NCBI GenBank assembly: GCA_963783375.1 | Contig: CAWANH010000028.1 | Coordinates: 768,001-832,000, forward strand | DNA length: 64,000 bases | Direction of reading: 5' to 3' | Origin: Candidatus Eiseniibacteriota bacterium | GTDB lineage: Bacteria; Eisenbacteria; RBG-16-71-46; JABDJR01 | Part shown: one piece after another, positions 51,048 through 60,673 of the stretch | Layout of the letters: each line of letters opens with the position of its first letter | Numbering within the stretch: the stretch's first letter is position 1 | Program-made: the position numbers and the translations under genes | The notes under the pieces: generated by a model | What the model was told of the DNA's origin: nothing | Databases searched by the model: none | The model's input: the letters and a program-made list of their open reading frames with translations, nothing else

Positions 51048-52475
51048 TCAGTGCTCGGCGGCCGGTTCGCCCCGCCCTCCCAGCCGTTCCAGGAACTTCC
51101 CGGCCTGATCGAACTGGGCGCCCTCGGTCACCAGGGCGCGGTAGCGGGAGAACGCCCGCATCGCCGCCGCGGTGTCCGCGACAGCATCGCAGACCAGCCC
51201 CAGATTGAACCAGGCCTCGGGCCGCTCCTCCACCGCCAGTGCCCGCTCGAAGTCCGCGCGGGCCCCGGGGAGGCGCCCGGCGCGGAATCGCGCCAGCCCG
51301 CGATTGAACCAGGGGGCGAAGCGGGTGGAATCGGCGCCGACCGCCTCGGTGAGGAGGGAGTCCCCGCGCGCGCCTTCGCCGAGGGAGACCCAGACCCCTC
51401 CCAGGATCCCGCGTTCCACCGGGGTCAGGTCCGCGTCACCGGTGAGACGCTCCGCCTCGTCGCGGGCGGCGGCGCTGTCCCCCGCGGCCAGGGCGGCCTG
51501 GGCCAGCCCCAGTCGCGCCACCGTCGAGCCGGGCATCCGCCGGAGCCCGGCCTCGAACATCGCCCGCGCCTCCGCCGGCCGTCGTTCGCGATGGAAGGCC
51601 ACCCCCAGGTTGACCAGCAACGACGGGTCGCACTCGCCGCGCTCGTCCCACAAGAGATAGGCGTCGCGGAGCACGTCGAGGTTGCAGCCGGCGAAGGGGG
51701 ATCGGGAGCGGAAGTCGATGCCCCGGTCGGCGCGGATCACGTCCAGCGAGACCTCGGTGAAGTCCCAGGAACGCTGGGTGGGACCGGCGGCCATGACATT
51801 TCGACCCCGCAAGTGCGGGATCCCGAACACGTGCCCCAGCTCGTGGCGGACGAAGATCGCCAGCGCCTTCCTGGGTCCGCCCGCGAACATGGACTCGTCG
51901 GCGGTGGGGGCCACCACCACCAGGGCGGGGCGGCCGAGGATCGCGTAGCCGCGCTCGGCCCGGTCCGCCTCGTCCCCCGGACGAAGTCCCAGGAAGACCG
52001 CGACCAGACCGTCCTTCGGGTCCACCGTGGCCGCGGCCTCATCCAGGATCGCGGCCAGGGGGAGCCGGTCCGAGGACGGCTTCCAGGCGACCTCCTCCCC
52101 GGGCACGAGCCGGATCCCCGCGGTCCGCGGCAGGTCCTCGGAGGCCTTCCGGATCGCCCCTCGGGCCAGGTCCCGCCAGCCGGAGCGTCTGCGGAAGCGG
52201 GGATCGGTGACCACGGCCACCGGGAATTCGCGGGTGGGGCCGGCGGGGTCGCGAACCGTCGCGGAGGGGTTCGTCGTCGCCGGGCTCCCCGGCGCCGCCG
52301 CCTGCTCCGGGGCCGCGGTGCGCGCCTCCCCCGAGGCCCCGGCGGGCGGACACGGAGCGGAAAGGAGCGCCGCCCCCAGCAGGAACGCGGCCGCTGCCGG
52401 CCCGAATCCGATCGGAACCCGGGACCCCCCCACGCCGTCTCGACCGAAGCCCGCGGGCTTCACGCAATTGACCAT
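51048..52475 (-). CDS. Exported zinc metalloprotease (HExGHxxGxxH) with C-terminal TPR repeats
   Basis: RHELGHVFGIPH...VM (Met-turn); TPRs LVNLGVAF, PWFNRGLAR, AWFNLGLVC. Confidence 0.8.
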   Translation of the reverse strand: MVNCVKPAGFGRDGVGGSRVPIGFGPAAAAFLLGAALLSAPCPPAGASGEARTAAPEQAAAPGSPATTNPSATVRDPAGPTREFPVAVVTDPRFRRRSGWRDLARGAIRKASEDLPRTAGIRLVPGEEVAWKPSSDRLPLAAILDEAAATVDPKDGLVAVFLGLRPGDEADRAERGYAILGRPALVVVAPTADESMFAGGPRKALAIFVRHELGHVFGIPHLRGRNVMAAGPTQRSWDFTEVSLDVIRADRGIDFRSRSPFAGCNLDVLRDAYLLWDERGECDPSLLVNLGVAFHRERRPAEARAMFEAGLRRMPGSTVARLGLAQAALAAGDSAAARDEAERLTGDADLTPVERGILGGVWVSLGEGARGDSLLTEAVGADSTRFAPWFNRGLARFRAGRLPGARADFERALAVEERPEAWFNLGLVCDAVADTAAAMRAFSRYRALVTEGAQFDQAGKFLERLGGRGEPAAEH

Positions 52476-52574
52476 CGACCCTCCGGTGATTAGCCTCCGG
52501 ATAGAATACCCTTGATTCCCGGCCGCGGAACCGCCGCCGCCCGATTTCGACCCTTTCGGCCCAAGGAGCCCCGC

Positions 52575-52925
52575 ATGGCCCTCTCGCCCGAGACCCCGAC
52601 CTCCTGGGAACGCGTCCCCGCGGAATCGGTGGGGGACCTGGTGTCCCGCCGGATCGTGGAGGGGCGGAACTTCACCCTGCTCCGATACGTCTACCAGCCG
52701 GGGGCGGTATTCCCCGTTCACCGGCACCCCGAGGAGCAGATCACCCTGGTGCTCGAGGGCCGGCTCGAGTTCACGGTGCGGGAGACCGCGACCCCGGTGG
52801 GACCGGGCGAGTTCCTTCGCCTGGGACCCGACACCCCGCACGGGGCGCGGGTGATCGGGGATCGGCCGGTGGTGAGCCTCAACTTCTTTTCTCCGGCCAG
52901 GAGCGAACACCCCCATGTCCGGTGA
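52575..52925 (+). CDS. Cupin domain protein
   Basis: FPVHRHPEEQITLVLEGRL...PHGARV...FFSPAR; AAGGAG RBS. Confidence 0.9.
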   Translation: MALSPETPTSWERVPAESVGDLVSRRIVEGRNFTLLRYVYQPGAVFPVHRHPEEQITLVLEGRLEFTVRETATPVGPGEFLRLGPDTPHGARVIGDRPVVSLNFFSPARSEHPHVR

Positions 52926-54447
52926 GCGGGGCTCCCGAGACGGCGGGACGGCACACGGCGCGGCCGAGTCGAACGGAACCCCCACCCAGCAGCACATCTT
53001 CTACCGCGACCTTCACGCCCGGTACCCGGTCATCACCCGGGCCAAGGGCATCTACCTGTACGAGAAGCACGGGAAGAAGATCATGGACGGGGCCGGCGGG
53101 GCGGCGGTGGTCTGCCTGGGTCACGGGAACCGGCGCATCATCCGGGTGATGAAGGACCAGGCCGAGAAGGTGGCCTTCGCCCACATGTCCGCCTTCACCA
53201 ACGAGCCGGCGATCGAGCTCTCCAACCTCCTGGCCGAACGGGCCCCGGGGCGGCTCAAGCGGGTCTACTTCACCTCGGGAGGATCCGAGGCGGTGGAGAC
53301 CGCGATCAAGCTCGCCCGCGCCTACCACGTGGAGCGGGGGAACCCGCAGAAATTCAAGGTGATCTCCCGGAGCATCTCCTATCACGGGGCGACCATCGGG
53401 GCGCTGTCGATGACCGGAACCCATCTCCGGCGGGGCAAGTACGTCCCCATGCTGGCCTCGTTCCCCCGGATCACCCCGCCTTATTGCTATCGCTGTCCCT
53501 ACGGACTCACCCCGGACATGTGCGGGCTGGAATGCGCGTGGGAGCTGGAGCGGGCCATCGTGACCGAGGGCCCCGAGAACATCGCCGCGTTCATCGCGGA
53601 GCCGGTGATCGGGGCGTCGGCTCCCGCCGTGCACCCGCCGGTGGGCTACAACGAGATCATGCGGAAGATCTGCGACAAGTACGACGTTCTCTTCATCGCC
53701 GACGAGGTGATGACCGGCGTCGGCCGCACCGGGAAGTTCTTCGCCACCGAACACTATCGAGCCCGCCCCCACATTCTTTGTCTTTCCAAGGGAATATCCG
53801 GCGGGTATGCCCCGCTGGGCGCGGTGCTGGTCAACGAACAGATCTTCTCGGAAATCCGGAAGTCGATCACCGGTAAATTCATACATGGACACACGTTCGC
53901 GGGGAACCCGGTGTCGTGCCGGGTGGGGGTGGAGGTGATCCGGATCCTGGACGAGAAGAAGCTGGTCGAGAAAGTGGCCACCGACGGCGTCGATTTTGCT
54001 AGGATGCTGGAAGAGCTTCGTCGGCATCCTCTCGTCGGCGACGTTCGTGTGAAGGGATTCCTGGCCGGGATCGAATTCGTGGCCGACCGGGATACCCGAG
54101 ATCCCTTCGACCCCAGGATCGGGGTGAATCGCCTGGTGGCTCAGGAGTGCCTCAAACGGGGCCTCTACGTCTACCCCGGGTCCGGGTCCTATCAGGGGAA
54201 CCAGGGTGACCACATCCTCCTGGCTCCCCCCTACATCATCAAGAAGCGCGAACTGACCAAGCTCGTTGGAATCCTGGACGAGGCTCTTGGCGCGGTGACG
54301 GCCCGCTTGGCTCATGAGAGCCTCCTCGGTACCCCAGGTCGCGCGTTGTCACGATCGTTACGCGAAGAAGCGATGGAACGGAGCGCAGGACGCCGCCCCC
54401 CGGGGCGAGGTCTCTCCAAACGCTCTTCGCGGACCGAGAAGCCTTAG
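52915..54447 (+). CDS. Class III PLP-dependent aminotransferase
   Basis: FTSGGSEAVETAIKLAR, SYHGAT, FIAEPV, LFIADEVMTGVGRTG, SKG (PLP Lys), HGHTFAGNP. Confidence 0.95.
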   Translation: MSGERGSRDGGTAHGAAESNGTPTQQHIFYRDLHARYPVITRAKGIYLYEKHGKKIMDGAGGAAVVCLGHGNRRIIRVMKDQAEKVAFAHMSAFTNEPAIELSNLLAERAPGRLKRVYFTSGGSEAVETAIKLARAYHVERGNPQKFKVISRSISYHGATIGALSMTGTHLRRGKYVPMLASFPRITPPYCYRCPYGLTPDMCGLECAWELERAIVTEGPENIAAFIAEPVIGASAPAVHPPVGYNEIMRKICDKYDVLFIADEVMTGVGRTGKFFATEHYRARPHILCLSKGISGGYAPLGAVLVNEQIFSEIRKSITGKFIHGHTFAGNPVSCRVGVEVIRILDEKKLVEKVATDGVDFARMLEELRRHPLVGDVRVKGFLAGIEFVADRDTRDPFDPRIGVNRLVAQECLKRGLYVYPGSGSYQGNQGDHILLAPPYIIKKRELTKLVGILDEALGAVTARLAHESLLGTPGRALSRSLREEAMERSAGRRPPGRGLSKRSSRTEKP

Positions 54448-54450
54448 GAG

Positions 54451-55701
54451 GTGACAATGAACACGCCTGAGATCCGCAAGAAGGCCAAATACATTCGGCG
54501 GGTGGAGCATGTCGAGCAGTTGTCGAGCGAGGAGAAGGCCGGGGTGTCGTCGGTGGTGGGCAAGTACGTGTTCCGCGCCAACGACTACTACCTGAGCCTG
54601 ATCGACTGGAACGATCCCGACGATCCCATCCGGAAGATCATCATCCCGCGGGAAGAGGAGCTGGACGAGTTCGGGCGCCTGGACGCGAGCGACGAGGCCT
54701 CGAACTATGCCGCCCCCCATCTCCAGCACAAGTACTTCAACACCGCGCTCCTCATGGTGTCCGAGGTGTGCGGCGCTTATTGCCGGTTCTGCTTCCGGAA
54801 GCGCCTCTTCATGGACGAGGTCCACGAGACCAGCCTCGACATCTCGGAGGGCCTGGATTATGTCCGCGAACACCCCGAGATCGACAACGTGCTCATGACC
54901 GGGGGCGACCCGCTCATGATCAGCGCCAGGAAGCTGGACCGGATGTTCGGGGAGGTCTTCTCCATCCCCCACGTGAAGATCATCCGGCTGGGAACCAAGA
55001 TCCCGGCCTTCGATCCCATGCGGATCAGCCGGAGCTCGGAGCTGTTGGGCGCGGTGAAGCGCCACAGCAAGGGCGAGCGGCAGATCTACTTCATCATGCA
55101 CTTCAACCATCCGCGCGAGATCACCCCCGAGGCGATCCACGCCATCAACGCGGTGCGGGAGCACGGCGGCCTCATGGTGGCCCAAACCCCTCTCCTCGGC
55201 GGGGTGAACGACGACCCGGCGGTCCTCACCGAACTCTTCAATCGCCTCTCCTACCTCGGGGTGCCGCCGTACTACCTGTTCCAGGGGCGGCCCACCGAGG
55301 GAAACGAGGGGTTCAAGGTGGAGCTCGACCAGGGCTTCCGCATTCTCGAGGAAGCCAAGGTCCGCATGAGCGGGCTGGCCCGCCGGCTCCGCTACGCCAT
55401 GTCCCACGCCGCGGGGAAGCTCGAGGTCCTCTCGGTGGGGAAGAACCAGGTGATCCTCAAGTTCCACCAGGCCCGCGACCCCCACAACCTCGGACGCGCC
55501 TTCGTGCTCCCCATGATTCCCGGCGCCTACTGGCTGGACGATCTCCTGGAGCACCCCCGGGCCAAGGACGAGTTGATCCGCCAGGGGGTGAAGGTCGCGC
55601 CCACCGGCATGCGCTGGCGGGATTTCGCGGGAGCCAAGTGGGAGGACGGCGGCCACTGGTCGCCCTACCGGCCCATGCACGGACCCCAGGCCGCGCGCTA
55701 G
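54451..55701 (+). CDS. KamA family radical SAM / PLP 2,3-aminomutase
   Basis: DPDDPIRK, HKY, CGAYCRFCFRK, MTGGDPL, HFNHPREI, PPYYLFQ, SHAAGK. Confidence 0.93.
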   Translation: MTMNTPEIRKKAKYIRRVEHVEQLSSEEKAGVSSVVGKYVFRANDYYLSLIDWNDPDDPIRKIIIPREEELDEFGRLDASDEASNYAAPHLQHKYFNTALLMVSEVCGAYCRFCFRKRLFMDEVHETSLDISEGLDYVREHPEIDNVLMTGGDPLMISARKLDRMFGEVFSIPHVKIIRLGTKIPAFDPMRISRSSELLGAVKRHSKGERQIYFIMHFNHPREITPEAIHAINAVREHGGLMVAQTPLLGGVNDDPAVLTELFNRLSYLGVPPYYLFQGRPTEGNEGFKVELDQGFRILEEAKVRMSGLARRLRYAMSHAAGKLEVLSVGKNQVILKFHQARDPHNLGRAFVLPMIPGAYWLDDLLEHPRAKDELIRQGVKVAPTGMRWRDFAGAKWEDGGHWSPYRPMHGPQAAR

Positions 55702-55723
55702 CGTCGCGCTCGCGCAATAATTC

Positions 55724-55755
55724 GAGGCCCCGGAGGGTTCGCCCCCGGGGCCTTG
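55724..55755 (+). terminator. Hairpin terminator after the kamA-like gene
   Basis: AGGCCCCGG-AGGGTTCGCC-CCGGGGCCT followed by TGGTGT (weak U tract). Confidence 0.5.
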
Positions 55756-55830
55756 GTGTATCGCAGCCCGACATCGGCGGACGGAGGGCCCCCACTCTCC
55801 ATCCGGTCAACCGCGGTATACACTGGGGTC

Positions 55831-56571
55831 GTGAAACCCGCGTCCGTTCGCGTCGGCATCCACCAGGCCCAGCCCGGCTCCGGCATCGCACCCGGGGAGC
55901 GCGACCGCTATCGCGCGGCCGGGACCCAGGCTCTCGTCTTCCCCGAGTACTTCTGGGTGCGCCCGGCGGACCGGGATCACACGGACGTGGCCGCCCACCT
56001 GGACGAGGATCTGGAGACGCTGGCCGCCCTCTCCCGCGAGGAGGGTTGGCTCGTGGTCGGGGGAACGGTGGTCGAGCGTGACGGGGCCGCCTGCCGTAAC
56101 GCGTGTCCGGTCTTCTTCGGGGGGCGCGAGCTCGGCCGCTACCGGAAGATCCACCTCATGCCCGGAGAGGCCCGGCACGGCGTGGTCCCCGGAGAGCGCT
56201 TCGTGATCGTGGAGGCCCTGGGGATCCGGACCGCCCCGGTGGTCTGTGCCGACGTCCTCTACCCCGACACCTTCGAGCGGGTGGCGGAGCTCCGCCCCGA
56301 TCTCATCCTCGCCCCCATGTCCTCGCCCTTCCGACCGGAGGATCCGGTCGAGGACAAGGACACCCGGGACCGGGACATCTTCGTCGTGGGCGCGGCCCAC
56401 GCCCGGGCCCCGATCGTCAAGGCCGGAGCGATGGGAACCCTGTTCGGGCGGCCTCTTCAGGGGCGCTCCCTGGTGGCGACTGCCGAAGGCATTCTCTTTC
56501 GCACCCCGTTCGAGGAGGAGACCGAGCGCCGGACCTGGGTCGTGGACGTGCCGCTCGGGAACCGGGGATGA
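55831..56571 (+). CDS. Carbon-nitrogen hydrolase (nitrilase/amidase superfamily)
   Basis: Catalytic E-K-C: VFPEY, YRKIHL, VCADV. Confidence 0.9.
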   Translation: MKPASVRVGIHQAQPGSGIAPGERDRYRAAGTQALVFPEYFWVRPADRDHTDVAAHLDEDLETLAALSREEGWLVVGGTVVERDGAACRNACPVFFGGRELGRYRKIHLMPGEARHGVVPGERFVIVEALGIRTAPVVCADVLYPDTFERVAELRPDLILAPMSSPFRPEDPVEDKDTRDRDIFVVGAAHARAPIVKAGAMGTLFGRPLQGRSLVATAEGILFRTPFEEETERRTWVVDVPLGNRG

Positions 56572-56586
56572 CCGGCGGAGGAAGCC

Positions 56587-57051
56587 GTGGATAGGCCCGG
56601 ATTTCGGAAATGGCCCAAGCGCGTCCGGCTCCTCGACGCCGGCCCCGAAGACCTCCCGAGGATCGAACGGCTTCTCACCCTGGCCGAGCTACCGATTCCC
56701 CAAACCGAGGACCCCCCGGTCACTTTCCTGATACTGGCGGAGGAGGGCGAGGTGCTGGCCTGCGCGGGCTACGAACAGCACGACGGCGCCGCGCTCATCC
56801 GCTCGGTGGCGGTGGTGGAGGACCGGCGAGGATCGGGGCTCGGACGCCGGCTGATCCGGGCGATCATGTCCGAGCTCTGGGGACGGCGCTTTCCCGAACT
56901 CTGGCTGGTCACCCTGGATGCCGCCGGGTTCTTCTCGCAGTTCGGGTTTGCGGGGATGGAACGCGCCGAGGTTCCGGCGTCGATCCAGAAGTCCCCCGAG
57001 TTCTCGATGCACGTCTGCGGGAACGGGACCTGGATGCGCCGGCGGCTCTGA
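56587..57051 (+). CDS. GNAT acetyltransferase (ArsN2-like)
   Basis: ALIRSVAVVEDRRGSGLG, LWLVTLDAAGFFSQFGF, VPASIQKSPEF..C. Confidence 0.88.
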   Translation: MDRPGFRKWPKRVRLLDAGPEDLPRIERLLTLAELPIPQTEDPPVTFLILAEEGEVLACAGYEQHDGAALIRSVAVVEDRRGSGLGRRLIRAIMSELWGRRFPELWLVTLDAAGFFSQFGFAGMERAEVPASIQKSPEFSMHVCGNGTWMRRRL

Positions 57052-57168
57052 ACGCCCGACGCCCGCCCGGGCGCCGGGCCTCCGGTCACGGACGGGTGTA
57101 GGCTACGTAGAGTGTGTCGGGTCCGGGCGCCGGGTCCGGGCCGCATCATCATCACGGAGGAATCCATC

Positions 57169-58176
57169 ATGCCTTCCATCATCACCCCGCCCGGATGGCG
57201 CCTCCCCGACCGGGAAGCCACCCCCGAGCACGTGTACTTCAACCGCCGGCGGTTCCTGAAGCAGCTGGGGATCCTGGGTCTGGGGGCGTTGGGGGTGGCG
57301 GCGGGATGCGGCCGCGCCTCGGGACGGGACGAGGGCGCGGCGGACACCGGCGCCGGGGGACTGCCGCCGAAGCTCAAGAACTACGACACCACCACCCTGG
57401 ACCTCTATCCGGCAAAGCGGAACCCCGCCTTCACCCTGCACCGCGCGCTGACCGATGAGGAGGTGGCCGCCACCTACAACAACTTCTACGAGTTCACCGA
57501 GAAGAAGGACGTGGTGTGGGAGCTGGTCGGGAAGTTCGAGGTGAATCCCTGGTCGATCGAGGTGGCCGGGCTCTGCGACAGGCCCGGAACCTACGATTTC
57601 TACGACCTGGTGCGGAAGATGCCGCTCGAGGAGCGGCTCTACCGGCACCGCTGCGTCGAGGCCTGGGCGATGGCGGTGCCGTGGACCGGTTTTCCCCTGA
57701 GCGCGCTCATGAAGCACGTGGGGGTGAAGGACGAGGCGCGGTTCATCCGGTTCATCTCGTTCCTGCGGCCGGACCAGGCTCCGAACCAGGGCGGCGCGGG
57801 GACCCATTACCCCTGGCCGTACTTCGAGGCCCTTCGGATGGACGAGGCCATGAACGAGCTGGCGTTCATGGGAACCGGCATCTACGGCCACCCGCTCCTC
57901 AAGCAGCACGGCGCGCCCTTCCGGCTCATCACCCCGTGGAAATACGGGTACAAGAGCGCCAAGAGCATCGTCCGGATCGAGTTCGTCACCGAGCAACCCG
58001 ACACGTTCTGGCACAAGCTCTACCCGGCCCAGTACGGGTTCCTCTCCAACGTGGACCCGGACCATCCCACCGTGCCCTGGTCCCAGGCCACCGAGCGGCT
58101 GATCGGAACCGGGAACCATGTGCCGACCCGACGCTACAACGGCTACGGGGAGTGGGTGGCGAAGCTCTACGCGTAG
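57169..58176 (+). CDS. msrP: Protein-methionine-sulfoxide reductase catalytic subunit MsrP (YedY)
   Basis: Tat motif NRRRFLK, YNNFYEF, ERLYRHRCVEAW, QHGAPFRLITPWKYGYKSAKSIV, WSQATER. Confidence 0.95.
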   Translation: MPSIITPPGWRLPDREATPEHVYFNRRRFLKQLGILGLGALGVAAGCGRASGRDEGAADTGAGGLPPKLKNYDTTTLDLYPAKRNPAFTLHRALTDEEVAATYNNFYEFTEKKDVVWELVGKFEVNPWSIEVAGLCDRPGTYDFYDLVRKMPLEERLYRHRCVEAWAMAVPWTGFPLSALMKHVGVKDEARFIRFISFLRPDQAPNQGGAGTHYPWPYFEALRMDEAMNELAFMGTGIYGHPLLKQHGAPFRLITPWKYGYKSAKSIVRIEFVTEQPDTFWHKLYPAQYGFLSNVDPDHPTVPWSQATERLIGTGNHVPTRRYNGYGEWVAKLYA

Positions 58177-58254
58177 CCGCCGGGCCGGCGCCCGGGCCCG
58201 ATCGCGGGGACGTCCGGGCCGGCGCCCGGATGCCCGCCGCGGCGGGCTCGTGAA

Positions 58255-59614
58255 TCAGCGCCCGTCCGCCCCGGCTTCCGCTCCGTGAACGATCTTCGGC
58301 CGGTAGATCGCATAGTCGAACTGGGGGCTGTGGTGGGGGGTGTGGCAACCGACGCAGGCGCGCTTGTCCACCGCGCCGTAGCCCGCCCCGGGCGAGGCCG
58401 CGTGGGCCGCCCCGGGACCATGGCAGCTCTCGCACCCCACGTTCCAGCGGTCGGGGCTGGCTTCGGGGGTCGCGAACCCGGTGCGGAACCCGAACCCGAC
58501 GGTGTGGCAGGACTGGCAGTCGGGGTCGTGCTCCTCCCCCGCGTTCACCAGGGTCTCCCGGGCGTGGGCATGGCGGGTGGTCCGCCACTGGGCCGTCTCG
58601 GCCTCGTGGCACGATGCGCAGGCCTCACTCCCCACGTACTCCACCGGCGGCTCCTCGAGCCCGGCCAGCCGCTCCTTCTGGAAGGCGTCGGAGAGGGTGA
58701 GGGTGTGCATGCGGTCGTAGTACTCGGTCATGAGGCTGTCCACCGCGGCGCGCCGACCCCAGCCCTTCACCACCGGCATGTAGACGCCGTCCACCTTCGC
58801 GGGCGCGCCGGTCGAGTCGAAGGAGACTTCGACCCGGCCCAGGAAGCGCCCCTCGCTGGAGTTCCCCATCACCGCCACCCGCCCCTCGTGATGGAGTTCG
58901 TCCCCAAGCTTTCCCTCGTGGGCGGCCACGATGAAGTCCAGCTCCGGGTAGAGCCGGGCCAGACGGTTCACCGCGACGGTGTCGGGAGCGTGGGCCATGG
59001 CCACGAGCACGTCGGAACGCCGCCCGGAGCGAATCCACCAACGCCCTCTCGTCCTCCCAGGGGGCCGCGTCGACCCAGGGGGCCGCGGTCCGGGCCAGCT
59101 CCGGGTCGAGGAAGGCGAGGATTCCCACCCGCTTGCCGCGCACCTCCACCGTCCTCGCCGGAACGCTCTCGCTATCCGGGAGCGTGTAGTTCGAGGCCAC
59201 CACCGGCCGGCCCAGCCAGCCCACCATCCGCTTCACGAACTCGGGACCGGCGGCCAGATCGTGGTCCCCGAGGGTGACCGCGTCGTAGCGCATCCAGGCC
59301 ATGGCCCGGGTCAGGGTCTCCACCTGGAGCTCCCCCTGGGAGTTCATCTTCTCGAAGGGGGCCATGTCGCCGGCGTCGAGGGTCACGAACTCCCAGCCCG
59401 CCGTCCGCAAGGTGTCGAAGAAGGCGGCCCTCCGGGTCGCCCCGCCGTAGTCCTCGACCGGTCACCCGCAGGGGGCGACTTCGCCGCCGACGTCTCCGGT
59501 GAAGAAAATCGTGAGGTTGGGGTTCTGCCGCATCTGCCCGCGGAGAACCCCGGCGGAAAGGAGCGCGGCGGTGCTCAGGGCGAGGGCGAAGAGGATGCTC
59601 AGGCGATGGTTCAT
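58255..59614 (-). CDS. Putative selenoprotein: UshA/5'-nucleotidase-like N-domain (CGU) plus tetraheme cytochrome c; 1-nt frameshift near 59020
   Basis: ATG 59614 signal peptide...FFTGDVGGEVAPCG-TGA(59464-59462)-PVEDYGGATRRAAFF continues in frame into LDAGD...YDAVTLGDHD. The frame switches at about 59020 to SDVLVAMAH...; CASCH, CQSCH, CESCH, CVGCH follow. Confidence 0.8.
59414..59458 (-). promoter_or_regulatory. Putative bacterial SECIS element
   Basis: Immediately 3' of the UGA: GUCGAG..GGCGG..CCC-GGA-GGG-CCGCC..UUCGAC hairpin, G-starting apical loop 28 nt from the UGA. Confidence 0.65.
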
Positions 59615-59840
59615 GCGGTCCTGCGCCGGCGATCCGGCCGTAGCTCGGCCTTGGGCCGGTCTTCACGATCGTGGTCCGGGAATCGGCCCCCCCGGAGTCG
59701 GTTGAAAAGCGTAGCACAGGGGAGGCCGGACGGGCCGGGACAAGGTAGGATCAGCGGTGATGAAACACCGAGCAATTTGGGGCGAATGCCCCCGGCCGAT
59801 CCCCGGCTCCGTGGCCGCCCGCCGAGGCCTCGGCGGGACG

Positions 59841-60578
59841 ATGCGGGCGCTTGGGGCGGGCACGGCCCTGCTCGCGCTTCTCGCCGGTTGCGGCCGCCCC
59901 GCCGATCGCGCGGCCGGGGCGCCCACCGGGAAGGCGGCGGTCCACGCCCTGGTGGAGCAGGTGCTGACCGCCTACGGCGGCCGGGAGAACCTGGGGAAGA
60001 TCCACGCCTGGCGGGCCGAGGGCCCGCTGACCGCGGTCCAGCGGGAGCAGCAGGGGGAGACGGTGCGCTGGTTCGAGCGGCCGGACCGCCTGCGGATCGA
60101 GATCCGGTACCCGGACCGGGGCGAGGTGCGCATCGTTCGGGGCGACCGGGGCTGGGCGGGTTCCGACGACCGCCACCTGGAGCCGGTGGAGGGCGCCTTC
60201 CTCCAGTCCATGGAGCTTCAGACCGCGCGTTTGGATCTCCCCCTCCGCCTGGCCGAGCACGAGTCGAGCCTGGTCGTGGTGAAGCCGGACGAGGACGGTC
60301 GGACCGTGGTGCGGCTGGCCATGGACGGGGGCCTGGCCCTGGACTACCACATCGACCCCGGGTCCCACCGGATCGAACGCATGGTGATGTCGATGCCGGG
60401 TCCGCCGCCCATGAGCTTCGAGGCGGACCTCTCCGAGTTCCGGTTCGTGGACGGGGTGCTCTTTCCCTACCGCGAGGACACCCGGGCCGGCGACACCAAG
60501 ACCGCGGTGACGCGCTACAAGAAGCTGGAGCTGAACCCGGACATTCCGGAGGTTCTCTTCGCGCCGGACCGGATGTAG
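59841..60578 (+). CDS. Hypothetical lipoprotein (possible LolA-like beta fold)
   Basis: LLAGC lipobox; AYGGRENL, ERPDRLRIEI, SEFRFVDGVLFPY, ELNPDIPEVLF. Confidence 0.75.
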   Translation: MRALGAGTALLALLAGCGRPADRAAGAPTGKAAVHALVEQVLTAYGGRENLGKIHAWRAEGPLTAVQREQQGETVRWFERPDRLRIEIRYPDRGEVRIVRGDRGWAGSDDRHLEPVEGAFLQSMELQTARLDLPLRLAEHESSLVVVKPDEDGRTVVRLAMDGGLALDYHIDPGSHRIERMVMSMPGPPPMSFEADLSEFRFVDGVLFPYREDTRAGDTKTAVTRYKKLELNPDIPEVLFAPDRM

Positions 60579-60673
60579 CTCCGCCACCCGCCGGAAAGAT
60601 CCCCGGCCGGACACGGGGCGGCCCGGAACGTTGGGCGTCCCGGGCCGCGGGGGGTGCAGGGACCGAGGGAAGC

